64,000 nucleotides of DNA, taken from contig OZ220480.1 in NCBI GenBank assembly GCA_965116025.1, forward strand, positions 1,728,001 through 1,792,000, in the 5' to 3' direction. Every line of letters begins with the position of its first letter. The first letter of the stretch is position 1. A program made the translations under genes and the position numbers. Of the stretch, positions 1 to 10,584 are shown piece after piece. The notes beneath the pieces are model-generated. The model was not told where the DNA came from and did no database searches. It saw nothing but the letters and a program-made list of their open reading frames with translations. Origin of the DNA: an uncultured candidatus Porisulfidus sp. (GTDB lineage Bacteria; Pseudomonadota; Gammaproteobacteria; Poriferisulfidales; Poriferisulfidaceae).

Positions 1-261
1 CGCTCGATTTCTGGAATTTCTGAGGCTTGAGGCCATCTGCTGGAGTTCGAATCATCGGCGCGGAAGGCTGGCGAGAGAATCGTTCTGGGCGGCTTCTTAT
101 ATGCCCACCAACTTCGCCCGTGCGCGCTTTTCGGAAGGCGTTCGAATTTCAAGCGTTGGAACCTTTCGGAGGAGCGTGGGCACGGTGCGTGTAAAATAAC
201 TCCATACTCCAAGAGTTCGCGCGCGCTGAAGGCGCGCGAGAAGCGTCAGATAGAAAGATTC

Positions 262-1548
262 ATGCCCGAGCGAAAAATAAAACTGGTCAACGGCGGGAAA
301 GAAATCGAACTGCCGATCGCCGAATCCACCGAAGGACCAGCGGCGGTCAGCATCAGCAACTTGTACAAAAAACGGGGATATTTCTCGCTTGATCCCGGCT
401 TCGTCTCCACGGCGAGCTGCCGAAGCCAAATCACCTATATCGACGGAGATCTGGGCTTGTTGCGTTACCGGGGGTATCCCATCGAGCAGCTCGCGGAGTT
501 TGGAAGTCATATCGAGGCTGCCTATCTGTTGCTCATGGGCGAATTGCCGACACGTGATCAGTTGGAGAAATTTTCTAGGGAAATCAAGTCGGAAACGAAA
601 ATTCCCGATGGGGCATGGGAGCTAGCGCGGGCGTTTCGGAGCGATGCTCACCCGATGGCGATGCTGATGGGCGGATTGGCCCATCTGGCCGCGGTCTACC
701 ATTCCGATATGGATGTCTTCGACGAGGAATACCGCCAGCGCATGGCGCGGCGGCTGATCGCGCAGGTCCCGGTCTTGGCGGCGATCGGGTATCGCGTCCG
801 GACCGGTCAAACCCTTGTCGAGCCGAACCCGGATCTCGATTTCACGTCCAATTTCCTGCGCATGCTGTTCCGAGAGGATCCGGATCCTCTTTTCTCGCAT
901 GCCCTGGATGTCTTGCTTCTCCTGCACGCCGATCATGAGCAGAACGCCTCTACCTCCACGGTGCGTCTTTCCGGGAGTTCCGAGACTAGTCCGGTGGCCG
1001 CCATCACCGCGGGCGTGGCGACGCTGTGGGGGCCTTCGCATGGCGGGGCTAACGAAGCGGTGATCCGAATGCTAAAGGAAATCCACGACTCCGGGATATC
1101 GGTAGAGAAGTACGTCGAGCAGACCAAGAGCAAGAAAAGCCATGTCCGCTTGATGGGCTTCGGGCATCGGGTCTACAAAAACTACGATCCGCGCGCTAAG
1201 CTGATTCAGAAAATTTGCTACGACCTGCTCGAGAAGCGTGGAAAAGACAATCCGAACTGCCCGCTTCTGGAGACCGCCATGGCTTTGGAGAAGACGGCCC
1301 TGAGCGATGAGTACTTCATCACTCGCAAACTGTACCCGAACGTGGATTTCTATTCAGGCATCATTCTCAAGACCATGGGGATCCCGCTGGACATGTTCAC
1401 AGTGATCTTCGCCACGGCCCGGACCGCGGGCTGGGTCGCGCACTGGGCCGAGATGATGGCGGACGATCAGTTCCGGATTGGCCGCCCGCGTCAACTCTAT
1501 ACGGGGCGGACCGAGCGAGACTACGTCGCGCTGGATCAGCGCGGCTGA
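262..1548 (+). CDS. gltA: Citrate synthase (type II)
   Basis: Motifs LLRYRGYPIEQL, LHADHEQNAST, WGPSHGGANE, MGFGHRVYKNYDPRA, LYPNVDFYSG. Confidence 0.97.
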   Translation: MPERKIKLVNGGKEIELPIAESTEGPAAVSISNLYKKRGYFSLDPGFVSTASCRSQITYIDGDLGLLRYRGYPIEQLAEFGSHIEAAYLLLMGELPTRDQLEKFSREIKSETKIPDGAWELARAFRSDAHPMAMLMGGLAHLAAVYHSDMDVFDEEYRQRMARRLIAQVPVLAAIGYRVRTGQTLVEPNPDLDFTSNFLRMLFREDPDPLFSHALDVLLLLHADHEQNASTSTVRLSGSSETSPVAAITAGVATLWGPSHGGANEAVIRMLKEIHDSGISVEKYVEQTKSKKSHVRLMGFGHRVYKNYDPRAKLIQKICYDLLEKRGKDNPNCPLLETAMALEKTALSDEYFITRKLYPNVDFYSGIILKTMGIPLDMFTVIFATARTAGWVAHWAEMMADDQFRIGRPRQLYTGRTERDYVALDQRG

Positions 1549-1556
1549 TTCTAGGC

Positions 1557-2705
1557 TCAGGCCGCGAAAAACTCGCGCGCGACGGGAGAGAAGCGCTCCG
1601 CGTCGACCAGAAACGAATCGTGCCCTTGGATGGAAGGGAGCGCGACGAGCTCGGCGTCTCGCCCAGCCTTGCGCAGGCCGGTGACGATTTCCCGTTGCTG
1701 CTCCAGCGGGAAAAGGATATCGCTCTCCACGCCGATCACTAGAGTTCGACGCGCTTGGATCAGAGCCAGTCCCGCGTTGACCGTACCGCCATGCTCGGCG
1801 ACATCGAACAGGTCCATCGCCCGCGAGAGATAGAGATAGCTGTTCGCGTCGAACGCGTCGACGAACTTTCGCGCGTTGTGCTCCAGATAGGATTCGACCT
1901 CGAACTCGATGCCGAACATCTCGTCCGAAGCGCGGTGCGCGGGTATTCGGGCCCGATTGAAACGCTGCCGCCACTCTTGGGCGGCCCGATACGACATCAG
2001 TCCCAGCTTGCGCGCCAGTCGCATGCCGCAAAGCGGCTCGGCGTCCAATTCGTAATGGCCCTCCTTCCAGTTCGGGTCGCAGCGAATGATTTCGCGCTGA
2101 AGCGACCGGACCGCTATCGTGAACGGCAAAGCCCTGCAGGCGGCCGAAATCACTAGGAGATGGTCCAGCTCGTCCGGATACTGCAGGGCGTAAGCCAGCG
2201 CAGACATGCCGCCCATGGAAGGCCCGACGACGGTGTGGACGTGGTCCACGCCCAACTCGCGCATAGCATGGTGTCCCGCCTTCGCGATATCCTCAATCGA
2301 CAACTCTGGAAACTCTCCGCCGTAGGGCTCGCCAGTCGCCGGGTTGGTCGACGAGGGGCCAGTCGAGCCGAAGCAACTGCCTAGGGAATTGACGCAGACG
2401 ACGAAGAAGCGGTCCGTGTCGATCGCCTTGCCTGGCCCGACCATGTATTCCCACCACCCCGCGGCATCGTCTTCCTCACTAGAGGCCGCATGCGCGGTTG
2501 GGGACAGTCCGGTGAAGATCAGCACCGCGTTATCTTGGTCGCGCGACAAGGCGCCCCAGGTTTCATAGCCAACTTGGACCCGAGTCAAACGTCCGCCGCG
2601 ACGCATCACGAAATCGCCTTGCCCATAATCCCCTGGCAGATCAATGATCCGGGTCGCTGAGGGCACCCGGTTATGCGGGCAGGGCTGGAAGTCTGGATGG
2701 GTCAT
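1557..2705 (-). CDS. metX: MetX-family O-acyltransferase (possibly serine O-succinyltransferase subtype)
   Basis: YETWG, TGLSPTAHAAS, GWWEYMVGPGKAIDTDRFFV, nucleophile GPSMGG, FDANSYLYLSRAMD, GHDSFL. Confidence 0.88.
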   Translation of the reverse strand: MTHPDFQPCPHNRVPSATRIIDLPGDYGQGDFVMRRGGRLTRVQVGYETWGALSRDQDNAVLIFTGLSPTAHAASSEEDDAAGWWEYMVGPGKAIDTDRFFVVCVNSLGSCFGSTGPSSTNPATGEPYGGEFPELSIEDIAKAGHHAMRELGVDHVHTVVGPSMGGMSALAYALQYPDELDHLLVISAACRALPFTIAVRSLQREIIRCDPNWKEGHYELDAEPLCGMRLARKLGLMSYRAAQEWRQRFNRARIPAHRASDEMFGIEFEVESYLEHNARKFVDAFDANSYLYLSRAMDLFDVAEHGGTVNAGLALIQARRTLVIGVESDILFPLEQQREIVTGLRKAGRDAELVALPSIQGHDSFLVDAERFSPVAREFFAA

Positions 2706-2755
2706 GTCCTAGGGATTTCCGACGAGAGACGTGACGCGGTTACGGCCACGACGGA

Positions 2756-3004
2756 TCAGCCACGATTCGGCGAGCTCGCGCGGATTTTTCTGGCAACGGC
2801 CTCCATATCCTCGTCTGGAGCTAACCGCGCTTCCAGAAACATTTCCTGAAGTTTCGGATCCGCGCATTCCAGAAGGCGAGCGAATGCCACTCGCTCGGTG
2901 GGAGGAGCCTTGGGGTATTCGTGGTCCAGATACCGCGTCAGCATGAGATCCAACTCCCGGGTTCCGCGGCGGCAACGCCAGCGCAACCGGTCCAGCTCCG
3001 ACAT
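2756..3004 (-). CDS. sdhE: FAD assembly factor SdhE
   Basis: RLRWRCRRGTRELD motif; 1 nt downstream of sdhB. Confidence 0.93.
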   Translation of the reverse strand: MSELDRLRWRCRRGTRELDLMLTRYLDHEYPKAPPTERVAFARLLECADPKLQEMFLEARLAPDEDMEAVARKIRASSPNRG

Positions 3005-3005
3005 G

Positions 3006-3788
3006 TCAAGACTTGCGCAGAGCCACCATCTTCTTGATGTTGGCGATGGCTCGGGCCGGGTTCAGCCCCTTGGGACAGGTCTGGGTGCAGTTCATGATCG
3101 TATGGCAACGATACAGTTTGAAGGAATCCTCCAGAAACTCAAGTCGCTCGGCCGTCGCGTGGTCGCGGCTGTCCGCGAGCCATCGCCATGCGTGCAGCAG
3201 GGCCGCCGGTCCCAGGTATTTGTCCGGATTCCACCAGTAGCTTGGACAACTGGTGGAGCAGCACGCGCACAGGATGCATTCTTCCAGCCCGTCGAGTTCC
3301 GCCCGGTCTTCCTTGCGTTGCGGTCGCTCGCGTTCCGGCTCGTCCCCACCGTTCTTCAACCACGGCTCCACGGCGGCATGCTGCCGGTAAAATCCCGAAA
3401 GATCCGTTACCAGATCCCGGACTACCGGCATATGGGGCAAGGGATAGATCCGGATTTCCCCCTTGAACTGATCGATTCCGCAAGTGCAAGCCAAGGTGTT
3501 TTGGCCATTGATGTTCATGGAGCAGGAACCGCAGATTCCCTCGCGGCAGGAGCGGCGAAAGGATAAGGTCGGGTCAATCTCGTTCTTGATCTTGATGAGC
3601 GCGTCGAGGACCATCGGTCCGCATCGATCCAGGTCCACTTCGTAACTGTCCAACCTCGGATTCTCTCCCGTGTCGGGCTCGTAGCGATAGATCTGGAAGG
3701 CTCGCGCGTCGCTCGCGTCCGGTGACGCGGCATGCCGGACGCCTCGCTTGCGAACCGTCGCGTTAGCTGGAAGAGTGAATTGGGCCAT
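3006..3788 (-). CDS. sdhB: Succinate dehydrogenase Fe-S subunit
   Basis: [43 protein letters not shown]. Confidence 0.97.
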   Translation of the reverse strand: MAQFTLPANATVRKRGVRHAASPDASDARAFQIYRYEPDTGENPRLDSYEVDLDRCGPMVLDALIKIKNEIDPTLSFRRSCREGICGSCSMNINGQNTLACTCGIDQFKGEIRIYPLPHMPVVRDLVTDLSGFYRQHAAVEPWLKNGGDEPERERPQRKEDRAELDGLEECILCACCSTSCPSYWWNPDKYLGPAALLHAWRWLADSRDHATAERLEFLEDSFKLYRCHTIMNCTQTCPKGLNPARAIANIKKMVALRKS

Positions 3789-4077
3789 GGTCCGATTGAT
3801 TTCGGAGATCCGGGAAATCTCGCTTGGCGCTTTCGCTTATCCTTTAACGTGGCCAAAGCCTCGCGTTTGATTCATTGGGGGGTCCGTTTGGACGGAGACG
3901 GAACCGACACGGCATTTCGCTCGGATAATGTGATAGCATTGGATTATATACGAAAGCGTGGGCTGGCCTCAAATGAGCCTGATGAGCATGCACTTTCATA
4001 GTGGGAATGGCGTGACGCGGAAGCTTGGCGCATGCGCGATAGCGATTCCCGGCTCGTGGACGCATGGAGGCGCCCAC

Positions 4078-5580
4078 ATGGACCCACGCGATGACTGGGC
4101 GACGAGTCGGGCCGAACGGCCACGAAAATTGGGATTCGCGCGAACGAGGCATATCCCTAACGGGAACGCTCTGCTTCCCACTCTGGTCATCGCCGCGCTC
4201 TTGGCGCTGACCGCTTGCGGAGGAGGTGGAGGCGGAGGTTCCGGAACCGCCACGAACACCCCCACCGACCTTCCGAGCAATCCTCCCTCGGCTCCTCCCG
4301 ATCCACCCGCCCGGAATCTCTCCACGAACGTCCCGGCCTCTCGAAGCGTCGCGGCTCCCATTCTCCCAAATCCCGCCGATGCCGCGCTGGCACCCATCAT
4401 TCGATTCTCCAACGCGACCCTCGTCGGCGCCATGCCACCTCCCAAACGAAGCGACCTCGGTCAGTTGGTCGTCACCCACGCCACCACCGCCATCCGCTAC
4501 GGAAGAATTAGTGACGGACTTGGCGCCCAGGCGATGTTCGACTACATGAGCGCGGCCTTTCGAGGCAGACCCTTCCGCCAGCCTCCGGTCGTGCGTTTCG
4601 TCGAAGGCACCACGTCCGCGCAGGCCGCCGAGATCGTCCGCGCCGTGCAGCTTATCAACGGCAATCTTCCGAGAAACTTCCAACTCACCATCAACCCAAC
4701 TCCTATTTCCGCGGCGGATGATGCGGCTAACGAGGAGCGCTGGACTTTGGGGCGCAATCAGATCCTCGTCGAATATGATCGCCGTGAGAACTGGAGAAGC
4801 GGCAAGAACGATGACGATGCCGTCGGTCTGGAAGTCACTTGGGTAAGTAGTAGGGGAGCGACCGTCGCTTCCCGAGTCTGGGTCGACCCTACGCGCATCA
4901 CCGATTCCTCGCGCATAGCGGTGCTCATGCATGAACTTCTGCACTCCCTAGATTTCAGGCATACGACATTCGAGACCATTCTGAACTACGATTGGATATA
5001 TCGGCCCAACGGATACGTGATGTATCAACGTGATCGGGAAGCGTTGCTCGCGGCTTACGGCCCGAGCGGAATCGCGTCCGCTCTCGGTCCTTGGGAGGAC
5101 GAGTCGATCCATGCGCGCGGAGACCTTGGAAATCTCGCTTTCGGAGCCTCCTCGCGCAATGGCCTCGTTCGGTCTTGGGCGTTCGGACCTCCTCCCTCCG
5201 CCAATTTAGCCGACAACGCGTCGCTTTCCGGCAGCGTCAGCTGGAGCGGTCGCCTCCTCGGACTCACGCCAGAGGATGACAAAACCGTGGCGGCCGCCGC
5301 TGGGTTGACCGTCGACCTCGCGAGTCTGCGCGGCGATCTCGATTTCACAAGGATGGAATACTGGGTTGGCAGACCCGGCGCTCTCGGCACTGGCGCGATG
5401 TGGGGCGATGGAGATCTGGACTATGACATAGAAGTCCGGGGAAACGGCTTTTCTCGCCGGGCTGGCGCGGGGAGTGACGAGGGAATCATCACGGGGAGAT
5501 TTTTCGGCGACTCCCATCAAGGCATGGGTGGCACGCTCGTTCGCGATGACCTGTCCGCCGGATTCGCCGGCATGCGCTGA
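4078..5580 (+). CDS. Lipoprotein with HExxH zinc-metallopeptidase motif and C-terminal TbpB/Slam-substrate-like beta barrel
   Basis: GGAGG 7 nt before ATG 4078; lipobox LALTA-C then poly-Gly and Pro-rich linker; VLMHELLHSLDFRH; C-terminus GRFFGDSHQGMGGTL...AGFAGMR. Confidence 0.75.
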   Translation: MDPRDDWATSRAERPRKLGFARTRHIPNGNALLPTLVIAALLALTACGGGGGGGSGTATNTPTDLPSNPPSAPPDPPARNLSTNVPASRSVAAPILPNPADAALAPIIRFSNATLVGAMPPPKRSDLGQLVVTHATTAIRYGRISDGLGAQAMFDYMSAAFRGRPFRQPPVVRFVEGTTSAQAAEIVRAVQLINGNLPRNFQLTINPTPISAADDAANEERWTLGRNQILVEYDRRENWRSGKNDDDAVGLEVTWVSSRGATVASRVWVDPTRITDSSRIAVLMHELLHSLDFRHTTFETILNYDWIYRPNGYVMYQRDREALLAAYGPSGIASALGPWEDESIHARGDLGNLAFGASSRNGLVRSWAFGPPPSANLADNASLSGSVSWSGRLLGLTPEDDKTVAAAAGLTVDLASLRGDLDFTRMEYWVGRPGALGTGAMWGDGDLDYDIEVRGNGFSRRAGAGSDEGIITGRFFGDSHQGMGGTLVRDDLSAGFAGMR

Positions 5581-5671
5581 GCGGAACCGCGAATGGCGGA
5601 ACTGGTCCGTTCGCCGCTCGCCTCGAGCTTCCAGCGACTCGGTCGACCGGTTTGGATCTACGACAAGTCGA

Positions 5672-7462
5672 TCAGTAGACTCGGGCTTTCGGTGGAATCA
5701 CTTCCACCTCATCGTCCAGGGCGCGCATGCGGACATCCCGATAATCGATTCGACACGCCCCCTGCCCATCGATCCAGCAGACCGTGTGCTTCATCCATTC
5801 GTCGTCGTTCCGCTCCGGATAGTCTTCCCGGGCATGAGCGCCTCGGCTCTCTAGCCTATTGAGCGCTGATTCCAACGTCACCACCCCCTGTTGCAGGAGG
5901 TTGCGCAACTCCAGGGTCTCGACCAGATCGGTGTTCCAGATCATGGAACGATCACTGACGCGGATATCGCCAATGGCGCGCTCCGCGTCTCGAACCTGCT
6001 CCAGCCCTTCCCGCAAGGTCTCGCCCGTCCGGAACACCGCCGCATGTTTCTGCATGACGCGCTGAAGCTGGGAGCGAAGCTCCGCTGTCGGAGTTTCACC
6101 TTTCGCATGGCGGAATCCGTCGAACTGATCCAGGATTCGCTCAATCGACGACCGGGGAGCTTCCGGATGCGCCGCTCCCGCACGGATCAACTCGGTGGCG
6201 CGCATGGCCGCCGCCCGTCCGAACACCACTAGATCCAGCAGGGAGTTGGATCCTAGACGGTTGGCACCATGCACGGAAACGCAGGCCGCCTCTCCGATCG
6301 CCATCAGTCCGGGCACCACCGCGTCCGGGTTCCCGTTCCGAATCGTCACGACTTCGCCATGATAATTGGTCGGGATGCCACCCATGGTGTAGTGCACGGT
6401 CGGCAGGACCGGAATCGCCTCGCGGGTCACGTCGACCCCGGCGAAGATACGCGCCGACTCCGCGATGCCGGGCAAGCGCTCCTGAATGACATCGGCGCCC
6501 AAGTGCTCCAAGTGCAGATGGATGTGATCCGCTTCGGTTCCGCAACCGCGTCCCTCGTTGATCTCGATGGTCATTGAGCGGCTTACCACGTCGCGAGAAG
6601 CCAGGTCCTTGGCGTTTGGGGCATACCGTTCCATGAAGCGCTCTCCGGCACTGTTAGTCAGATAGCCGCCCTCCCCTCGGACGCCTTCCGTAATCAAGCA
6701 TCCGGCGCCGTAAATGCCCGTGGGGTGAAACTGCACGAATTCCATGTCCTGCAGAGGCAGGCCCGCGCGTTGCGCCATGCCGTTGCCGTCGCCCGTGCAT
6801 GTGTGCGCGGAGGTGCAGGAGAAATAGGCGCGTCCATAGCCCCCTGTCGCCAGCAGAACCGTATGGGCGTGAAAATGATGTAGCTCCCCGGTCGCCAAAT
6901 CCCATGCGAGAACTCCGCAACATCGGCCCGCATCGTCCATGACTAGGTCGATAGCGAAATATTCGATGAAAAACTCGGCCTGGTGCTTGAGGGATTGCTG
7001 GTACAGGGTATGCAGGATAGAGTGACCGGTGCGGTCGGCGGCGGCGCAGGTGCGTTGCGCGACCCCCTCTCCAAAATGGGTCGTCATGCCCCCGAAGGGA
7101 CGTTGGTAGATCTTTCCATCATCCGTGCGGGAGAATGGGACGCCGTAATGCTCCAGCTCGATAATTGCCGGAATCGCCTCGCGACACATGTACTGGATGG
7201 CGTCCTGATCACCCAACCAGTCCGACCCTTTAACCGTGTCGTACATGTGCCAGCGCCAGTCGTCCGGACCCATGTTCCCGAGCGCGGCGCTGACTCCGCC
7301 TTGCGCGGCCACCGTATGGCTTCGGGTGGGAAACACCTTGGTGACGCAGGCGGTCGACAAGCCTTTCGCCACCATGCCCAGAGTCGCTCGCAAGCCCGCC
7401 CCGCCGGCGCCGACGACCACGACGTCGTGGTGATGCTCAATCAATTTGTACGCGGTAGTCAT
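5672..7462 (-). CDS. sdhA: Succinate dehydrogenase flavoprotein
   Basis: [18 protein letters not shown] (FAD His), [27 protein letters not shown]. Confidence 0.98.
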   Translation of the reverse strand: MTTAYKLIEHHHDVVVVGAGGAGLRATLGMVAKGLSTACVTKVFPTRSHTVAAQGGVSAALGNMGPDDWRWHMYDTVKGSDWLGDQDAIQYMCREAIPAIIELEHYGVPFSRTDDGKIYQRPFGGMTTHFGEGVAQRTCAAADRTGHSILHTLYQQSLKHQAEFFIEYFAIDLVMDDAGRCCGVLAWDLATGELHHFHAHTVLLATGGYGRAYFSCTSAHTCTGDGNGMAQRAGLPLQDMEFVQFHPTGIYGAGCLITEGVRGEGGYLTNSAGERFMERYAPNAKDLASRDVVSRSMTIEINEGRGCGTEADHIHLHLEHLGADVIQERLPGIAESARIFAGVDVTREAIPVLPTVHYTMGGIPTNYHGEVVTIRNGNPDAVVPGLMAIGEAACVSVHGANRLGSNSLLDLVVFGRAAAMRATELIRAGAAHPEAPRSSIERILDQFDGFRHAKGETPTAELRSQLQRVMQKHAAVFRTGETLREGLEQVRDAERAIGDIRVSDRSMIWNTDLVETLELRNLLQQGVVTLESALNRLESRGAHAREDYPERNDDEWMKHTVCWIDGQGACRIDYRDVRMRALDDEVEVIPPKARVY

Positions 7463-7797
7463 AGCGAAAAACGCGACAGGCCCGCGAAGGCGGCGACAAG
7501 AGCGAGAAGCAGAACTCCCCGAACGACCCAGTGAATCATCCGGTTGCGGGACGGATCGCTGACATAGTCGTCGACGATGACCTCAAGTCCGAGCTTGGAA
7601 TGATAGAGCGACATCAAGAAAAACAGGCCGAGCCAGAGAGTCGTATCGGCGCGACCGAGCCAACGCTCGAAATCGCTCCACTCTGACAAGTCTAGTCCGC
7701 CCAGCTCTCGAATAAGCCAAATTGACAGAGGAATTAACGCGATCGAAGTCGCGCGCTCCAGCCACCAATGCCGCCGCGCTCGACCGGATCCGCTCAT
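7459..7797 (-). CDS. sdhD: Succinate dehydrogenase membrane anchor
   Basis: [23 protein letters not shown]; ATG 7797 overlaps the sdhC stop (ATGA). Confidence 0.92.
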   Translation of the reverse strand: MSGSGRARRHWWLERATSIALIPLSIWLIRELGGLDLSEWSDFERWLGRADTTLWLGLFFLMSLYHSKLGLEVIVDDYVSDPSRNRMIHWVVRGVLLLALVAAFAGLSRFSL

Positions 7798-8171
7798 ATT
7801 CGGATCCATGCCCAGATGATGGCCGTCAACGCGACGGAACCTGCGAGAATCATCCAGTTGCTCGCCCGCACCAATGGCATGCCGAGGCCCACGCCAGCGT
7901 CCCAGACCAAATGCCGAATTCCGGTGCATAGGTGGAACGCCAGCGCGAAGGTCCAAGCGATCAGAAACGCCTGTCCAAACGGGTGCCGCAATCCGTCTAT
8001 CATGGTCTGCCCGACGGAAGGCGCGTAGACCGCCGTCGCGATCAGGAATGCCAAAATCACCGTGGCGGCCGACAGCAAAACTCCGGTGACGCGGTGACTG
8101 ATCGAAAGTAATGCCGCCAGCGGCAGGCGGTAGATCTGCAGATGAGGCGATAGAGGGCGCTCGGACGACAT
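7794..8171 (-). CDS. sdhC: Succinate dehydrogenase cytochrome b556 subunit
   Basis: RPLSPHLQIYR, SISHRVTG, HLCTGIRHLVWD. Confidence 0.95.
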   Translation of the reverse strand: MSSERPLSPHLQIYRLPLAALLSISHRVTGVLLSAATVILAFLIATAVYAPSVGQTMIDGLRHPFGQAFLIAWTFALAFHLCTGIRHLVWDAGVGLGMPLVRASNWMILAGSVALTAIIWAWIRI

Positions 8172-8362
8172 TTCGCGGGAATTCAGGGCTGGAAGCCGTG
8201 GACAACTATGGGATCAGGCTATTATGCCAAATTCGTCGCGCCGCGGAATTTGTGGCCGCGGTCAATCCGTAGGTTTCTGGTCGCGGCGAGAAACGCCCAC
8301 AAGGGAGGTTGAGCGAAACGTTCTCATCAAGCGCCAAAACCGAGGCGGTTCGCGGACGGGAT

Positions 8363-8438
<76 letters not shown>

Positions 8439-8454
8439 GCCGCCGTGGCGCAGT

Positions 8455-8483
8455 ATTTTCCCCTGTGGACGCGGCGATGTCAA
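8455..8483 (-). promoter_or_regulatory. Putative sigma70 promoter of tRNA-Ala
   Basis: Perfect TTGACA, 17-nt spacer, GAAAAT, then a GC-rich stretch before the tRNA. Confidence 0.5.
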
Positions 8484-8515
8484 TGCGGGCGCAATAAGGT
8501 AGAATTTCCCGGATC

Positions 8516-9055
8516 ATGCGACTCGCTCTACGCCACTCGGGGGCGTGGGTCGCCGGCGGAATGATTCTCCTGATCATTCTGTCGCGCATCGTTCCGCACC
8601 CCCCGAACTTCACTCCCGTGCTGGCCACGGCGATTTTCTGCGGCGCCTTGTACATGCGTCCTTCCCACGGAATAGCGATCCCGCTTTTGGGCATGGTGGC
8701 TGGAGACCTCGTTCTGGGATTTCATGCGCAGATCTGGGCCGTATACCTGGCGATCGCCTTGTGCTCGGCGCTAGGGCGCTGGACGCTGACCTCTCCTTCG
8801 GTTTGGACCACCGTGACCGCCGGCGTTTCGGGATCCGCGCTGTTCTTCTTGCTAACCAACTTCGCGGTCTGGTCGCAGGGCGATTTTTATCCGCCTACTC
8901 TAGCGGGACTCCTCGCCTGCTACGTGGCCGCGATCCCGTTTTTCCACCATACGCTGATCTCGACCGTTCTGTTCGGGCTGCTCCTTCTTGGCCTCGTTCG
9001 GGTGGCGCGAAGCCATCCGTCCTCCCGCGATCTTCTTCCCTTGCGAACTCGTTGA
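8516..9055 (+). CDS. DUF6580-like membrane protein (putative ECF S-component-like vitamin transporter)
   Basis: RIVPHPPNFTP, LFFLLTNFAVW, YPPTLAGLLACYVAAIPFF; hydrophobic throughout. Confidence 0.75.
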   Translation: MRLALRHSGAWVAGGMILLIILSRIVPHPPNFTPVLATAIFCGALYMRPSHGIAIPLLGMVAGDLVLGFHAQIWAVYLAIALCSALGRWTLTSPSVWTTVTAGVSGSALFFLLTNFAVWSQGDFYPPTLAGLLACYVAAIPFFHHTLISTVLFGLLLLGLVRVARSHPSSRDLLPLRTR

Positions 9056-9783
9056 TGTCTCAGAGATCGTTCGCTTGGCGAGGCCTTCTCGCGTCCGTCG
9101 GAATTCTCGCTTTATTTTCCGAGAGTCTTTCCTCTCCTCAGGAGTTGGACGGACTGTGGCGCGGCAAATTCGATATCAACGAGAAGGGATCCTACGATTT
9201 CACCGCCTTGTACGTCGATGGCGTGGTCTCGGCCTATAGCGTGGGCTCCAACGTGGTCTATCGAGGTACGGTCGTCGGGGATGATAGGAAATATCAATCC
9301 AGCATGTCCATGTTCATCCGGGATGGCTCCAAGTTTGGAACCGTGCGGCTCCACGGGACAGTGAGCGAGCGAGCCTCGGTCATCACGGCGCGCTATCTGA
9401 CGACTGGAAAAGACACGGGCGCCTTGACCTTACGCTACGATCCTCTGTTCGAGCGCGAGGTCGACGCTTCCGGCCTCGCCGGGCTATGGGAATACGCTTC
9501 CGACCAGCTCAGCATCAGCATCAACCTGATGCCGGACGGAAAGATCGAAGGCACGGACAGCGTGGGGTGCAATTACTATGGCTCCCTCGAGAAAGTCCGC
9601 CCTGGCATCAATGCCCTGACCGTGAATATGGAAATGGCTTCCTGCGGCACGGCGGACGGCCACTATATCGGGATGGCCCACGTCGAAGATGCCAAAACTC
9701 CGAATGATACCCTGCATCTGCACGTCACTAGCGAGCATTTCGGGCTGTATTACCCATTCAAGAAAGTCATGTCGTTGCGATAG
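9055..9783 (+). CDS. Secreted beta-rich hypothetical protein with two internal repeats
   Basis: ATG overlaps upstream TGA; signal-like N-terminus; repeated LDGLW/LAGLW; Cys pair. Confidence 0.65.
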   Translation: MSQRSFAWRGLLASVGILALFSESLSSPQELDGLWRGKFDINEKGSYDFTALYVDGVVSAYSVGSNVVYRGTVVGDDRKYQSSMSMFIRDGSKFGTVRLHGTVSERASVITARYLTTGKDTGALTLRYDPLFEREVDASGLAGLWEYASDQLSISINLMPDGKIEGTDSVGCNYYGSLEKVRPGINALTVNMEMASCGTADGHYIGMAHVEDAKTPNDTLHLHVTSEHFGLYYPFKKVMSLR

Positions 9784-10584
9784 ATCGCCTCGGCGAAAAC
9801 TCTCCTCGACTCTCTGCCTGAAGAACTCGCGCGCACGCCGCGCGGCGTCCAGCGCGGCGCGGGGATCGTAGGCGACCCGTTGCCCCAGATAGACGCTGTC
9901 CACTCCCGGAGCGTCAAAACTGTGGAACGCGTTTTCGTAGACCACCAGCTCGACGCGCTCGGGCCGGACCGAGATCATCACTTGGCAACGTCGCGCCGGC
10001 GTCCACCGATCCTGCCCTCCTATCAAGATCAGCAGGTCCGTGTAGGAATTGCTGAACTGATCCAGGCACCAAGGCGATATCGCGATGGCTCCGGCGAAAG
10101 GCCGCCTCTCGTTCAGGTCGTCGTGCAGAGCGAGCAGAACCGTCGTCGCCCCATGCGAGAATCCGGTCAAATAGATTTCCTGATCGACCGACCAAGGCTG
10201 TTCCATCAGCCAGCGCTTCGCCGCGTGCGCGTCTCGCGCTCGATGCCAAGTCGGGATGTCGAACAGGCTACCGCAGATATTGTCTCTTCCCCGTGGTCCG
10301 AAACTGTCCACCTGCAGCACCGCGAAGCCCCAGTTCAGATAGCGCTCGAGCCAAGGATTTGAGCGCGTGGGCCAAATTCCATTGCAACCATGCATATCCA
10401 CGATGGCTGGGCTCGGGCCCTTCCCTTCCGGCCGATAAAGATACGCCCGCAATTCGATCATTTCCTCGGACTGGTATACCGGCGCGGTAAAGCGGATCTC
10501 CTGCGGAGGCGGGAGGCCCACGGCTGCCGCGCACCAGAATCCTGGCGCGGCCACGGACCAGATCAGCGTCTTACGCATCGACAT
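9484..10584 (-). CDS. Dienelactone hydrolase-family alpha/beta hydrolase; about 100-aa tail antisense to the neighbouring gene
   Basis: PAIVDMHGCNG, VDSFGPRG, nucleophile GFSHG, IGGQDRWTP, HSFD. Confidence 0.8.
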   Translation of the reverse strand: MSMRKTLIWSVAAPGFWCAAAVGLPPPQEIRFTAPVYQSEEMIELRAYLYRPEGKGPSPAIVDMHGCNGIWPTRSNPWLERYLNWGFAVLQVDSFGPRGRDNICGSLFDIPTWHRARDAHAAKRWLMEQPWSVDQEIYLTGFSHGATTVLLALHDDLNERRPFAGAIAISPWCLDQFSNSYTDLLILIGGQDRWTPARRCQVMISVRPERVELVVYENAFHSFDAPGVDSVYLGQRVAYDPRAALDAARRAREFFRQRVEESFRRGDLSQRHDFLEWVIQPEMLASDVQMQGIIRSFGIFDVGHPDIVAVRRAAGSHFHIHGQGIDARADFLEGAIVIAPHAVRAFDLSVRHQVDADAELVGSVFP

